DNA of 36,564 nucleotides from Promethearchaeota archaeon (GTDB taxonomy: Archaea; Asgardarchaeota; Lokiarchaeia; Sigyniarchaeales; SOKP01): contig JBHLNT010000028.1 in assembly GCA_048941265.1 (NCBI GenBank), forward strand, positions 1 to 36,564, given 5' to 3'. Shown here one piece after another: positions 8,977 to 18,173 of the stretch. The translations under genes were made by a program, and so were the position numbers. The notes beneath the pieces were generated by a model. That model did no database searches. It saw only the letters and a list, made by a program, of their open reading frames with translations, and was not told the origin of the DNA. Within the stretch, counting starts at the first letter, position 1, and each line of letters begins with the position of its first letter.

Positions 8977-10509
8977 ATGAAATGGAATAAAATTTTGTTA
9001 TTAGTGGCAAATTATAAAACAACTGGTTATGATTTCTATGACTCAGCTTTTCCGCCCTTGGCTTTAGAGTACATAGCTACTTATGTGGAAGAATTAGTTG
9101 ATGTTATGATATTAGATACGAAAGCGGCGAATCTAAGTTTAAAAGAAACAAAAGAGAAAATTGAAGAATTTAAGCCCGATTTAGTTGGTTTAACCGTCCC
9201 AGTCACGAGTGCAATTGATACTGTATTAATGTATGCAAAGATAGCTAAACAATATGGTTCTACAACAGTAATCGGAGGCTGGCACCCTACATTAGCGGTT
9301 GAGCGAACCTTATCTTCTCCATGGATCGATATTTTAGTAAGAGGGGAAGGAGAATTCACATTTAGAGAATTAATAGAAAAAGGTTCTCCAGAAAATATAA
9401 ATGGTTTATCTTATAAAAAAAACGGGCAAATCATCCATAATCCAGACAGACCATTTCTTAAAAATTTAGACAATTTAAAATTCCCTTCACGACATCTAGT
9501 GAAAAATTACAATTATAAGATATTTAATATGGATTGTGATGCAATAGAAACCTCTCGTGGATGCCCGCAAGGTTGCCGATTCTGTAGTACACATGTAGTC
9601 TATAAACGTAGTTGGAGAGCTAGATCCGTAGAAAATATCATTAAGGAATTAGAAATTATTTCAAAAAATAAGAAAATTACAGATGTATTTTTTGTGGATG
9701 ATAATATTCTAGTTAATATGAAACGAGTTGGAAAGTTATCTATTGAAATTATTAGAGGCAAAAGATTAGGAAAAATAAAGAAAAATCTTCGTTTTTTCTT
9801 TCAAGGGAGACTGGATTCGATGGCAAGATATCCAAAAATAACTAAATTAATGGGTCTGGCTGGATTTTGGCTTGTTTTGGTAGGCGTAGAAGCAACTGAT
9901 GATGAAACCTTAAAGATAATTGATAAAGGATGCAAATTAGAAAATATCAAAAAAGGAATACAAGTCCTGCATGAAAGCGGAATTTTAGTTATGGGAAATG
10001 TGATTATAGGTGCTAATCTTGAAGATGCAATTGAAGATGTCTTTATTACAATTAAAAGAACCAGGGAATTAAATTTAGATTTGCCAAGTTTTACTCTGTT
10101 GACTCCTTTCCCCTCAACTGGATTTTATAATGAAATTAAAGAAAAAAATCTTTTATTAACGGAAGATTATTCCAAATACAATTGGCTAAATCCGGTCATA
10201 AAAACGCCTAACCTCAGTTCTAATGCTTTAAAAAACTTATTGTTCTTAGCTTTTTTTTATATCAATTATTATGGAGGCGGGTGGGTCCATAAATTAAGCT
10301 TGCTTTATCGAAGTACGAAATATAGAGGATGGAATTTTACTTTTCACCCGATTAGATTTTATCGAACATTATTATCTTATATCAAATGGCGACGTATCGT
10401 TCACTATAACTTGAGAGCTTTAGATAAAAAAATCCATCAAATCAAATTTGGAAAACTTGAGGATATGAAAGAATTAAGGAATGCTATTTTATCAAAAGAA
10501 ATTGAATAA
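8977..10509 (+). CDS. Cobalamin-binding radical SAM protein (class B methyltransferase-like)
   Basis: N-terminal B12-binding domain (PPLALEYIA, PDLVGLT, IGGWHPT, RGEGE); SRGCPQGCRFC CxxxCxxC motif; FFVDDN; GVE; LTPFPST. Confidence 0.92.
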   Translation: MKWNKILLLVANYKTTGYDFYDSAFPPLALEYIATYVEELVDVMILDTKAANLSLKETKEKIEEFKPDLVGLTVPVTSAIDTVLMYAKIAKQYGSTTVIGGWHPTLAVERTLSSPWIDILVRGEGEFTFRELIEKGSPENINGLSYKKNGQIIHNPDRPFLKNLDNLKFPSRHLVKNYNYKIFNMDCDAIETSRGCPQGCRFCSTHVVYKRSWRARSVENIIKELEIISKNKKITDVFFVDDNILVNMKRVGKLSIEIIRGKRLGKIKKNLRFFFQGRLDSMARYPKITKLMGLAGFWLVLVGVEATDDETLKIIDKGCKLENIKKGIQVLHESGILVMGNVIIGANLEDAIEDVFITIKRTRELNLDLPSFTLLTPFPSTGFYNEIKEKNLLLTEDYSKYNWLNPVIKTPNLSSNALKNLLFLAFFYINYYGGGWVHKLSLLYRSTKYRGWNFTFHPIRFYRTLLSYIKWRRIVHYNLRALDKKIHQIKFGKLEDMKELRNAILSKEIE

Positions 10510-10571
10510 AAAAATATGGAATGTTTAAATTAATGAAAAAAGAAATTAAAATCGCTGAAGGGCTGTAATAA

Positions 10572-10949
10572 CTACTTCTTTTTCTTTGGTTTTCCGGATG
10601 CCCTTCTTTCTGCTTCAGTCCATGGCTTCTTCTTCGATTCTTTTCCAGGGGGACACCCGAAATCATCTCTTACTTTACATTGAGGTTTACTGTCTGAACC
10701 AGGACAAGGTTCACATTTCATCTTTCTTAACATCTTTTCGACTTCACTTACTTCATATCCAAATTCCTCGTCTTCTGTCTCATCTGCAAGCATTTCATCT
10801 TCAATTTTGCTGAGATCATATTCAACATCTTCTTCCAAATCATCCTTTTCATCGTATAAATCGATTATATCATCTCCTTCTTCATCCGTTTTTCCCTCGG
10901 GAACTTCATCCTCTTCAGGTTCAACCTGCACTTTTTTCTTTTTAGCCAC
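10572..10949 (-). CDS. Small acidic low-complexity protein with 4-Cys module and basic termini
   Basis: GTG start; KKKK N-terminus; long D/E-rich tract; CEPC-x8-C-x7-C; KPKKKK C-terminus. Codon pattern (GAA/GAT-rich) looks coding. Confidence 0.75.
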   Translation of the reverse strand: MAKKKKVQVEPEEDEVPEGKTDEEGDDIIDLYDEKDDLEEDVEYDLSKIEDEMLADETEDEEFGYEVSEVEKMLRKMKCEPCPGSDSKPQCKVRDDFGCPPGKESKKKPWTEAERRASGKPKKKK

Positions 10950-11194
10950 TTATATTCTCACTTACTTCATTAATTGGATATAGAATTTAAAATTAGTTTG
11001 TATTTTAAAATTTATCTTAAAATTTAGGTTTTATGTTTTTTTTAATACCCTAAATTTTAGTTAAATGAATGATATTCAAAAATTTTCCATATAAATATTC
11101 TTTAGAAAGATCAGTATATTATATTAAGGCAAAATTACGACAAAAAAATATGAAAAAAATATAAGATGCTTTGCTTTTGAATGTTTTTTCTGAT

Positions 11195-11311
11195 TTAAGG
11201 TGATCCTTCTCCACAACCAGGGATTGATACTCCCATACTCGCCATGGAAAGACCGTAGGACAATGTTAACAAGATCGCAAGAGCAACTAATACTTTTTTA
11301 TTCAATTGCAT
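11195..11311 (-). CDS. Small 38-aa ORF, probable secreted peptide precursor (MQLNKKVLVALAILLTLSYGLSMASMGVSIPGCGEGSP)
   Basis: Read by hand; too short for the ORF track. ATG preceded by SD-like GAGATGA. Has basic n-region, hydrophobic h-region and S-M-A c-region. Visibly less AT-rich than the flanking intergenic DNA. Confidence 0.65.
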   Translation of the reverse strand: MQLNKKVLVALAILLTLSYGLSMASMGVSIPGCGEGSP

Positions 11312-11571
11312 TAGTATATCATCTCGAATAGTAAATTTTATTACTTTAAATTTGTGATATGCAGAAATCATTTAGAACAAGCATATTTAAATTCCTCAAT
11401 TTTTTGAAAATTAGTAAGTTAATGTGAATAAACTAAAAATTTAAAGATTTTATTTAAAGTGATAATGTCTCTAAGAAAAATTATATAAACTCCTCAAATG
11501 TCAGGAGAATTGCCATTTAATATCTCATTTCGTAGAGTGGTAAAAATATTTGAGAGGTAAAGACTTTATAT

Positions 11572-12573
11572 TTAATTCATTCCAATCTCTGTTTCTATTA
11601 ATCTAGTAATTCCAATATCAAAGAAATTGTTAAAACTATTTAGGAAATATCGAATGATATTTAAGACTTGTTGTTCTTCTATATTTGATTCATTTAATTT
11701 AATATCTTTTAACATCTCTCTCAGTCTAATAAGATATTCTTGAAATCCTGATATTGAATCAAGATTGATATTATCGTAGTTCTTGATGATTTCATTAAGT
11801 AATTGGGGAATTCTTGTCAATAATTCGGTGTATTTTTTGATTACTGTGTTTGAAATAAACTGTAAGGTTAAAGCTTCGTTAATGAAGTCTCTTATATACA
11901 AAAGAATAACTCTATCTCCAAGAAACCTAATAATGGGAAAATTTTTATATCCTTTAGATATGGGATAATCCGCCAAACCGGTAATGAGAATTCTCCTACC
12001 TAGACTATATTTTCTGTCAATTTCATCCAAGATAAATTGATTATCCTTTCTAATATTCCCCTCGATAATATTTTTTATTACTGTGGTAAATACATTAGAT
12101 AAATCTGATAAAACTTCTGGTAATGCTGTTTTGGAGGTATCAAGTAAGAAATTTACAAAGAATTCCGAATTCTCCGGAATATTTTTAAAATCAATCCCAA
12201 TAATTTCACTTCGTAATTCAATTAATAGTTTATTAACCTCTTCTTCTTGATTGTTATCGTTATATTTGATGTAAATCTCATCGATATTCAATTTAAAGGC
12301 ACTAATAACTCCTTGTTTAACTAAATTAATGGACCAAATATTAGCGTCAATTCTAAAGATTGTTTTTGATTTCTCTTTATCAAACGCCCGGATTATAATC
12401 GTTTTTTCGTCGAGGGGATAAAGAGATACTTCAGATTTTTCGTCTAAATCTGCGCTTATAGTCCAATCTTGAGGAAACGTTATAGCTTTTGAATTACCAA
12501 GCTTAATTACACTTCTTACATATTTATTTTTAAGTTTTGGTTTCTTATTGGACTCATTTTTAGATTCTGGCAT
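11572..12573 (-). CDS. Archaeal phosphate-uptake regulator type protein (AbrB-like N-terminal DNA-binding domain plus PhoU-like helical region)
   Basis: RSVIKLGNSKAITFPQDW (AbrB/MazE-like), followed by ISAFKLNIDEIYI and a helical region with DEIDRKY and GDR. Confidence 0.75.
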   Translation of the reverse strand: MPESKNESNKKPKLKNKYVRSVIKLGNSKAITFPQDWTISADLDEKSEVSLYPLDEKTIIIRAFDKEKSKTIFRIDANIWSINLVKQGVISAFKLNIDEIYIKYNDNNQEEEVNKLLIELRSEIIGIDFKNIPENSEFFVNFLLDTSKTALPEVLSDLSNVFTTVIKNIIEGNIRKDNQFILDEIDRKYSLGRRILITGLADYPISKGYKNFPIIRFLGDRVILLYIRDFINEALTLQFISNTVIKKYTELLTRIPQLLNEIIKNYDNINLDSISGFQEYLIRLREMLKDIKLNESNIEEQQVLNIIRYFLNSFNNFFDIGITRLIETEIGMN

Positions 12574-12666
12574 GATAAATTTAATATAATCTTAATATTT
12601 TTATATAATTAATATAATTCTTTTATCATTATATAAATTTTCATGCAGAATATAAGAAGCCATAAT

Positions 12667-14733
12667 TCACAGATGGAAATCCTGATTATCTAATCCATTC
12701 ATTTCATTAATAAGTGTTTTATTATCAATTAATGATTCGTATGAATTCTTAATTGAAAGTAAATTTAGGTGTAATTCTTCTTTCGAATACCTTTTAAATT
12801 TAGGCAGAAAAGATTGGGGGTTTAGAAATTTAACTTCTAAATCCGGGAAATTATTTTGAGTTAATAACTCTAATAGATTTTCATAAGTTTTTCCAAATTT
12901 TTTCTTAAAATATAAAAAGTATACTAAGGAATCAGATAAATTTAGAAAAAATTGATGATATGTGGCAATTTCTGAAGAATTGATAAATAAATTATTTTGC
13001 TCATTTAGAATTTGGGATAAAAATTGGTTAATTTTTCCCAGATAAGAGAGAGATTTAGGTAAATTGTCCGGCATCGGCAGTCTTTTGATGAAACTTCCGT
13101 TGAATCTTAAATATTTACCGGACATATGCAGTGTTCCAAATAGGGTCTTAAAAATGGAATCGATTAATTTCGAGTTTAGTAGAGTTAAAAGACAAAAAAG
13201 CTCATTTGTAGCAAATGACGGAATTCTAATAAAATAGAGGCCTGTAATGTTGGTAAATAATCCTGAATCATAAACACATGTAAGATCTTTTGCTATTTCT
13301 CTAAAAATTAGTTTTTCACTGCTGAGGTCACTCCAAATATCTTTAAAGTCTGAATGATAATTAAAGTAAGAAATTTGAATATCTCTCTTAGCTATTTTTA
13401 TTCTTTTATTAGTTTTAATATGATATTTCCCCACATTTCCAGTGCCCAGTAGAAGGAGGTCTTTCTCAGACTGTTTCCGTTCACTAATATTATCAAAAAA
13501 TTTACTATATTTTAAGAATCCATATGGTCTATATATTATTTTCAAATCATTGAAAACCTTAGGCATAGGTTTAAAATTCGAGAAAATATATCGAATTGCT
13601 TCAATATTACCGGTTATGGGTATAACATTTGCCGGAAGATTGTTTATGCAATTTTGACTTATATTTTTTGAATCTACATTGTTATATTTAACCAAATCCT
13701 GCAAAGATTGATAAATTGGTATAAAAAATTGATTTTTTTTGTTGGAACTTTTTTTTCTGAAAGAGATAATGACAGGATAAATCGCAGCTTTAGTAAAAAC
13801 GGGCATAGAGGATATATTGATTATTTCTTTGATTTCAGTATTACTGAGCAAAATTTTTCTTATTTTTACCCCATAATCTGCTGCCAGAAATTTATTCGTC
13901 ATCAAAAAAGAAAGGTATCCATCATTGTCTTTTAACAATTCAAAGGATTTTTCAAGAAAAACAATGGAGAGGTCAAAAAGCCGATAAGCAGATTTGAATA
14001 CCTTTATTAGTTTTTTTTTAAAAATGTTATCAATTATTTTTTTATTTTCTATATAAGGGGGATTTCCAATGATGATATCAAATTTTTCATTAGAATTGAA
14101 TTCTAAAAGAAAATCTGAGTTATATATATGAAAGGAGATCTTAAAAATATTTATAATCTCATCTAATTTTGAATTTTCAAGTGTCTTAAATTTAAAGTCA
14201 ATATTAGGGGATAATGCATTTTTACTTGATAAATACCATGAAAGTAATCTTATTTTACAAATGTTATGAGCTGATTTATCAAATTCTACGCCATATAAGA
14301 TGTTTTGAATAATGAATTTTTTAATTTCTAATTCTTCTAAATCTGGTTCAAACAATTTGTAAATATTTAAGATCAAATTCCCTGCAGAAATCAAAAATCT
14401 CCCAGAACCGCATGCGGGATCCAAAATTTTCATGTTTTTTATTCTTTTCTTCAAAATTTTTTTGATTTCAGGATACTCTTCTAAAATAAATAATAAATTG
14501 TCAAGATCTAATTCCTTTGGAAGGAATTTATGGTCTTTTAAACCGATTTCTGCTAATAGATCTTTTAAATAGATTTTAAAGAGATTAAAAGCAATAAATT
14601 CTGCTATTTGACTGGGGGTATACACAATTCCATAATATTGCCCACTTTCTTTTTCTATCAATTTTTTGTTTTCAAACTCATCCACAACATCTTTAAAAAA
14701 TGCAGAAATTTTTTTGGAACTGAGATTTTTCAT
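12667..14733 (-). CDS. N6-adenine DNA methyltransferase (Eco57I/TaqI-like, gamma class) with C-terminal target-recognition region
   Basis: GIVYTP (motif X), ILDPACGSGRF (motif I), FDIIIGNPPY (motif IV); TaqI-C-like tail (EKLIFRE, LLNSKL, IKRLPMP). Confidence 0.9.
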   Translation of the reverse strand: MKNLSSKKISAFFKDVVDEFENKKLIEKESGQYYGIVYTPSQIAEFIAFNLFKIYLKDLLAEIGLKDHKFLPKELDLDNLLFILEEYPEIKKILKKRIKNMKILDPACGSGRFLISAGNLILNIYKLFEPDLEELEIKKFIIQNILYGVEFDKSAHNICKIRLLSWYLSSKNALSPNIDFKFKTLENSKLDEIINIFKISFHIYNSDFLLEFNSNEKFDIIIGNPPYIENKKIIDNIFKKKLIKVFKSAYRLFDLSIVFLEKSFELLKDNDGYLSFLMTNKFLAADYGVKIRKILLSNTEIKEIINISSMPVFTKAAIYPVIISFRKKSSNKKNQFFIPIYQSLQDLVKYNNVDSKNISQNCINNLPANVIPITGNIEAIRYIFSNFKPMPKVFNDLKIIYRPYGFLKYSKFFDNISERKQSEKDLLLLGTGNVGKYHIKTNKRIKIAKRDIQISYFNYHSDFKDIWSDLSSEKLIFREIAKDLTCVYDSGLFTNITGLYFIRIPSFATNELFCLLTLLNSKLIDSIFKTLFGTLHMSGKYLRFNGSFIKRLPMPDNLPKSLSYLGKINQFLSQILNEQNNLFINSSEIATYHQFFLNLSDSLVYFLYFKKKFGKTYENLLELLTQNNFPDLEVKFLNPQSFLPKFKRYSKEELHLNLLSIKNSYESLIDNKTLINEMNGLDNQDFHL

Positions 14734-14795
14734 CGAAATAGAATAAAAATATAACTATTTTTCACTTATTTGATTATAATTTGTTTTTAATTTAG

Positions 14796-15716
14796 ATGTT
14801 CTTATATATATATATGATTGATGGTTCATTATTACAAGATTTAATTGAAAAACCAGAAGATATTTCCAAGTTAAATTTGGATGATATTGTCCAGATATTG
14901 AGAGAAGCAAGAAGTTTATTTGAGAATGAAAATCTATTATTAGAGTTTAAACTAGGAGAAACCGAAGAACTTTATGTAATTGGAGATATTCACGGAAATT
15001 TGCAATCATTATTAAAATTAATTGAGCTTATTAATAAAAATAATCCAAAATTAGTCCTTTTTTTAGGAGATATAGTCGATCGTGGACCAAAACAAATAGA
15101 ATGCTTAATTTATGTGTTAATTTTAAAGATTCTTAAACCTCAGAGATTCTACGTTTTAAGAGGAAATCATGAAACATTAGAAATGAACCAAGCATATGGT
15201 TTTTATTATGAATTTTCCCAGAAATTTAATAATTTCGAGGCATATAAAGAAATTTTAGCAGTTTATGACGCACTCCCGATATGTTCACTGATTAATAATG
15301 AAATTCTCTGCTTGCATGGGGGAATCCCGGAAGATTTTGATATTTTGAAAAAATTAAAAGGAATAACACCTAAAGATATTGATGACTCAACTTTAGATTC
15401 TATCGCGCCGGGAGTTTTTCAGATCATGTGGAACGACCCAAAGCCAGGCCTAGGAGGTTTTATGAGAAGTTATAGAGGTCCTGGAATTAAATTTTTTGGA
15501 CAAGAAGTTTTTAATAAATTTCTGGCTGAAAATAACTTAAAATATGTTATTAGAGCACATGAGTGTTTTCCAGAGGGGTATGTTTGGTTTTTTAATTATC
15601 GCTTGTTGTCTATATTCTCCTCAGCGAACTATAGGGGAGATTTTAGTCCTAATCCCGCAAGTTATGCGATTGTAAAAAATAATGATATTATTCCAAAAAA
15701 TATAGAATTATTATAA
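14796..15716 (+). CDS. PPP-family Ser/Thr protein phosphatase
   Basis: GDIHG, LGDIVDRG, LRGNHE, CLHGG, MWNDP, RGPG, IRAHE, SIFSSANY. True start may be the second ATG (MIDG). Confidence 0.93.
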   Translation: MFLYIYMIDGSLLQDLIEKPEDISKLNLDDIVQILREARSLFENENLLLEFKLGETEELYVIGDIHGNLQSLLKLIELINKNNPKLVLFLGDIVDRGPKQIECLIYVLILKILKPQRFYVLRGNHETLEMNQAYGFYYEFSQKFNNFEAYKEILAVYDALPICSLINNEILCLHGGIPEDFDILKKLKGITPKDIDDSTLDSIAPGVFQIMWNDPKPGLGGFMRSYRGPGIKFFGQEVFNKFLAENNLKYVIRAHECFPEGYVWFFNYRLLSIFSSANYRGDFSPNPASYAIVKNNDIIPKNIELL

Positions 15717-16130
15717 CATTAATTCGGGAAAATTCAACATTATTTCTGAATTTCTTTTAATTTTTTCTTTCCATCTATCATTTAAATCAATTTGAGGACT
15801 TAAATTTAAAGAGGTTATGGTTTTTTGAGTTGGAACATAGATAAAAGCTTCTGAGTAATTGTGATTTTTCAAGATAATTTTTGTTTTATACCGTTCAAAA
15901 AGACCAGTATGCACTCCTTCATAATAATCTAATTGTTTCAATTGTTCTTCATTTACATCAAACTTTAAAGCCCAAAAAGAGGAATTCTCTAATGGCAAGA
16001 CAAATGGATACCAATTTCCTTTAGGATAAATCCTTATAAAGTTAGGAACTTTGCAAACTTCCACATTTTTCTTGTCTTTCCAATGGCCTTGTGTTATGAA
16101 TGTTCCATAGCCAATAACAGATATATTCAT
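15711..16130 (-). CDS. Gamma-glutamylcyclotransferase (GGCT/AIG2-like) family protein
   Basis: N-terminal VIGYGTF; LDYYEG catalytic motif; AFIYV. Confidence 0.8.
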   Translation of the reverse strand: MNISVIGYGTFITQGHWKDKKNVEVCKVPNFIRIYPKGNWYPFVLPLENSSFWALKFDVNEEQLKQLDYYEGVHTGLFERYKTKIILKNHNYSEAFIYVPTQKTITSLNLSPQIDLNDRWKEKIKRNSEIMLNFPELML

Positions 16131-16244
16131 TTTAACTTTATTTGTCTGTTTTACATTTCCTTATGATCTATAAAATGAGAAATTTTTTGAGAAATATAGA
16201 TTTCGGCAGAATAAAATAACCAAAATGAATAACTTTATCTAATT

Positions 16245-16505
16245 TTAAAAGATCTCACTTGCGTCTGGCTTCACAAATAAAAGATTATTCCCTCTAATAA
16301 AAATCTCATTATATTTTGCCACAGGAGAGCCATCCATGATTTCAGTAGCATCCTCCAAAATCATATTCATATAGGCATCAATTTCCTTCAACATGCCCTG
16401 ATATTCTGTGCCGTCTTTTAATCTTAGCAAGATCTTAGACTTCTGAGCATTTTGAAGTATATTTAATGGATTTTTAGATTTTTGCTGCGAATTATTTTTT
16501 GACAT
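16245..16505 (-). CDS. Sm-like (Lsm/SmAP) RNA-binding protein
   Basis: Sm1 motif LKDGTEYQGMLKEIDAYMNMILEDA and Sm2 motif IFIRGNN. Confidence 0.95.
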   Translation of the reverse strand: MSKNNSQQKSKNPLNILQNAQKSKILLRLKDGTEYQGMLKEIDAYMNMILEDATEIMDGSPVAKYNEIFIRGNNLLFVKPDASEIF

Positions 16506-16691
16506 ATTGATTAAATACCTTTAACAAAATAAATTTAAAATCATTATAAATGTAAAAAGTTCTAGTCTAGTAAAAACAAAGTCCAAATTAAAACCTTTTT
16601 ATTATTTATTATTGAGAAGGAATAATTAAAGATCACAAAAAATTAATTCTTAGCTTAATACAAATTGAATCGAAAAATCTTTAAAATAAAA

Positions 16692-17279
16692 ATGGTTCCT
16701 GAAAAAAAAAAAAATAAAAAACAGCAAATTATAAATAAGTATAATCAAACATCAGAATTTTATGATAGACGGTATATCAAGCTTCAAGAGGATAAATATC
16801 GTTTAATGTTAAAGGATATTACGATTGATGAGCAATTAATTTTAGATGCGGGTTGTGGTACCGGACTATTATTTGACTATATAGGGAGTGTAATTGAAAC
16901 ATCTAAGAATGCAGATTTTCATTATGTTGGTGCAGACATTTCAATTAATATGCTAAAAAGGTTCCACTCAAAACTTGATCAAAAAGCTAAATATTTTAAT
17001 TTAATATTGTCTGATTTAGAGAATTTGCCTTTACGAGAAAATATAGTTACTTTATTATTTTCGTTCACATCTTTACAAAACCTGCCGAATGTCCTTAAAG
17101 GCATAAAAGAATTTTTTAGAGTTGCTAGAGAAGGAGCAAACGTATATATTTCAATATTAAGGAAAAATTTGAATAAAGCAAGACTAACAGGGTTATTAAA
17201 ACCTTTATTAAAATACATGAAAATTATAGATATAGAATCTATTGAAGACGTATTATATACGGGAAAAGCTTTAAAATAA
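16692..17279 (+). CDS. Class I SAM-dependent methyltransferase
   Basis: YDRRY, ILDAGCGTG, GADISINML, SDLENLPLR. ATG 16692 preferred over the track's TTG at 16665. Confidence 0.88.
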   Translation: MVPEKKKNKKQQIINKYNQTSEFYDRRYIKLQEDKYRLMLKDITIDEQLILDAGCGTGLLFDYIGSVIETSKNADFHYVGADISINMLKRFHSKLDQKAKYFNLILSDLENLPLRENIVTLLFSFTSLQNLPNVLKGIKEFFRVAREGANVYISILRKNLNKARLTGLLKPLLKYMKIIDIESIEDVLYTGKALK

Positions 17280-18173
17280 ACGAAATCTCTTTTTCTTTTT
17301 TTGATAAAATGTTGATAGAATTTCATCTGCATTACTAAAAATATTAAACTTTTTCTGAAAATAGCTGCACACATTCTCAATGTCCCTTTTTAGAATATTA
17401 CGGGCATTTGGATGATCACTTGGAATCCATTGCATCCAATCTATTATTAAAATATTGCCTATCTCATCCACAACTATGTTAAATTCACCAAGATCTCCAT
17501 GGATCATATGGGCTTTTTGATAAATAATTCTTGCTTGGTCAATTATTTTATAAAAAATATAAAGCGGGTCATCAATATTCTTATAATAAGATAGTTCTTT
17601 TCCTCTCAAATATTCCATCACAACAATATGTCGATTATATGCGATTGGTTTAGGAGTACTTATGTTAAGAGCATATATCTTTTTTAATGCTTGATATTCT
17701 TTTTTAGCCGCTAGTCTATTTACATAAAGCCATGAGAAATGAGCTCTTTCTCCAATTAAATCTCTATATTTTTTGATGTTTTTAAAGCTAGTTCTGCCAA
17801 TACGATAGATTTTTAGAGCATAAATATTTTCATCATCATCCATACAACTATATACATCAGATTCCTTTCCCTTTCCTAATAGGGGCCCCAGTAGACTGAT
17901 TATATTTTTCTCTACTAAAGTGTGAAGTGCTAATAAATCATATCCTATAGAATTAAGAGTGTATCCAACTTCACTTCCGGAAGAGTCTCGAATAATTAAA
18001 TCAAATCTATGTACTTTTTTTATGCGATAGAGAGTCTCTTCCATCTTATAGCGAGAGTAGAATCTGATATCATTGATTTTAACAAATTCTGATCTCTTCA
18101 TTCCGATTTCTATTGCCTGGAGGATTCTTAAATCTTCTTTCTCAAGTTCAGTTAGTAGTTTTGCAGCTTCAAT
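17271..18173 (-). CDS. rio2: RIO2-type atypical Ser/Thr kinase (wHTH plus RIO domain)
   Basis: GYDLLAL, GKGKESDVY, ALKIYRIGRTSF, AAKKEY, IHGDLGEFNI, IIDWMQ. First ATG is at 18101, but the open frame and RIO2-like sequence extend upstream; 18173 (ATT) is my proposed start and is uncertain. Confidence 0.9.
   Translation of the reverse strand: MEAAKLLTELEKEDLRILQAIEIGMKRSEFVKINDIRFYSRYKMEETLYRIKKVHRFDLIIRDSSGSEVGYTLNSIGYDLLALHTLVEKNIISLLGPLLGKGKESDVYSCMDDDENIYALKIYRIGRTSFKNIKKYRDLIGERAHFSWLYVNRLAAKKEYQALKKIYALNISTPKPIAYNRHIVVMEYLRGKELSYYKNIDDPLYIFYKIIDQARIIYQKAHMIHGDLGEFNIVVDEIGNILIIDWMQWIPSDHPNARNILKRDIENVCSYFQKKFNIFSNADEILSTFYQKKKKRFRLF

Noticed and set aside
11198-11206. GGATCACCT on the minus strand, resembling the 16S rRNA 3' end
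   Set aside because: Only 9 nt with no further rRNA similarity; it is simply the G-S-P codons of the small ORF.
11490-11507. Short inverted repeat CTCCT-N8-AGGAG downstream of the AbrB-PhoU gene
   Set aside because: A 5-bp stem with no second copy seen; too weak to call a terminator, operator or SECIS.
12667-14733. Type IIG restriction-modification fusion or defence island
   Set aside because: No N-terminal nuclease domain, and no other defence or mobility genes adjacent.
15711-16130. GGCT as part of the ATP-grasp/M14 system
   Set aside because: About 8 kb away with unrelated genes in between; only a thematic gamma-glutamyl link.
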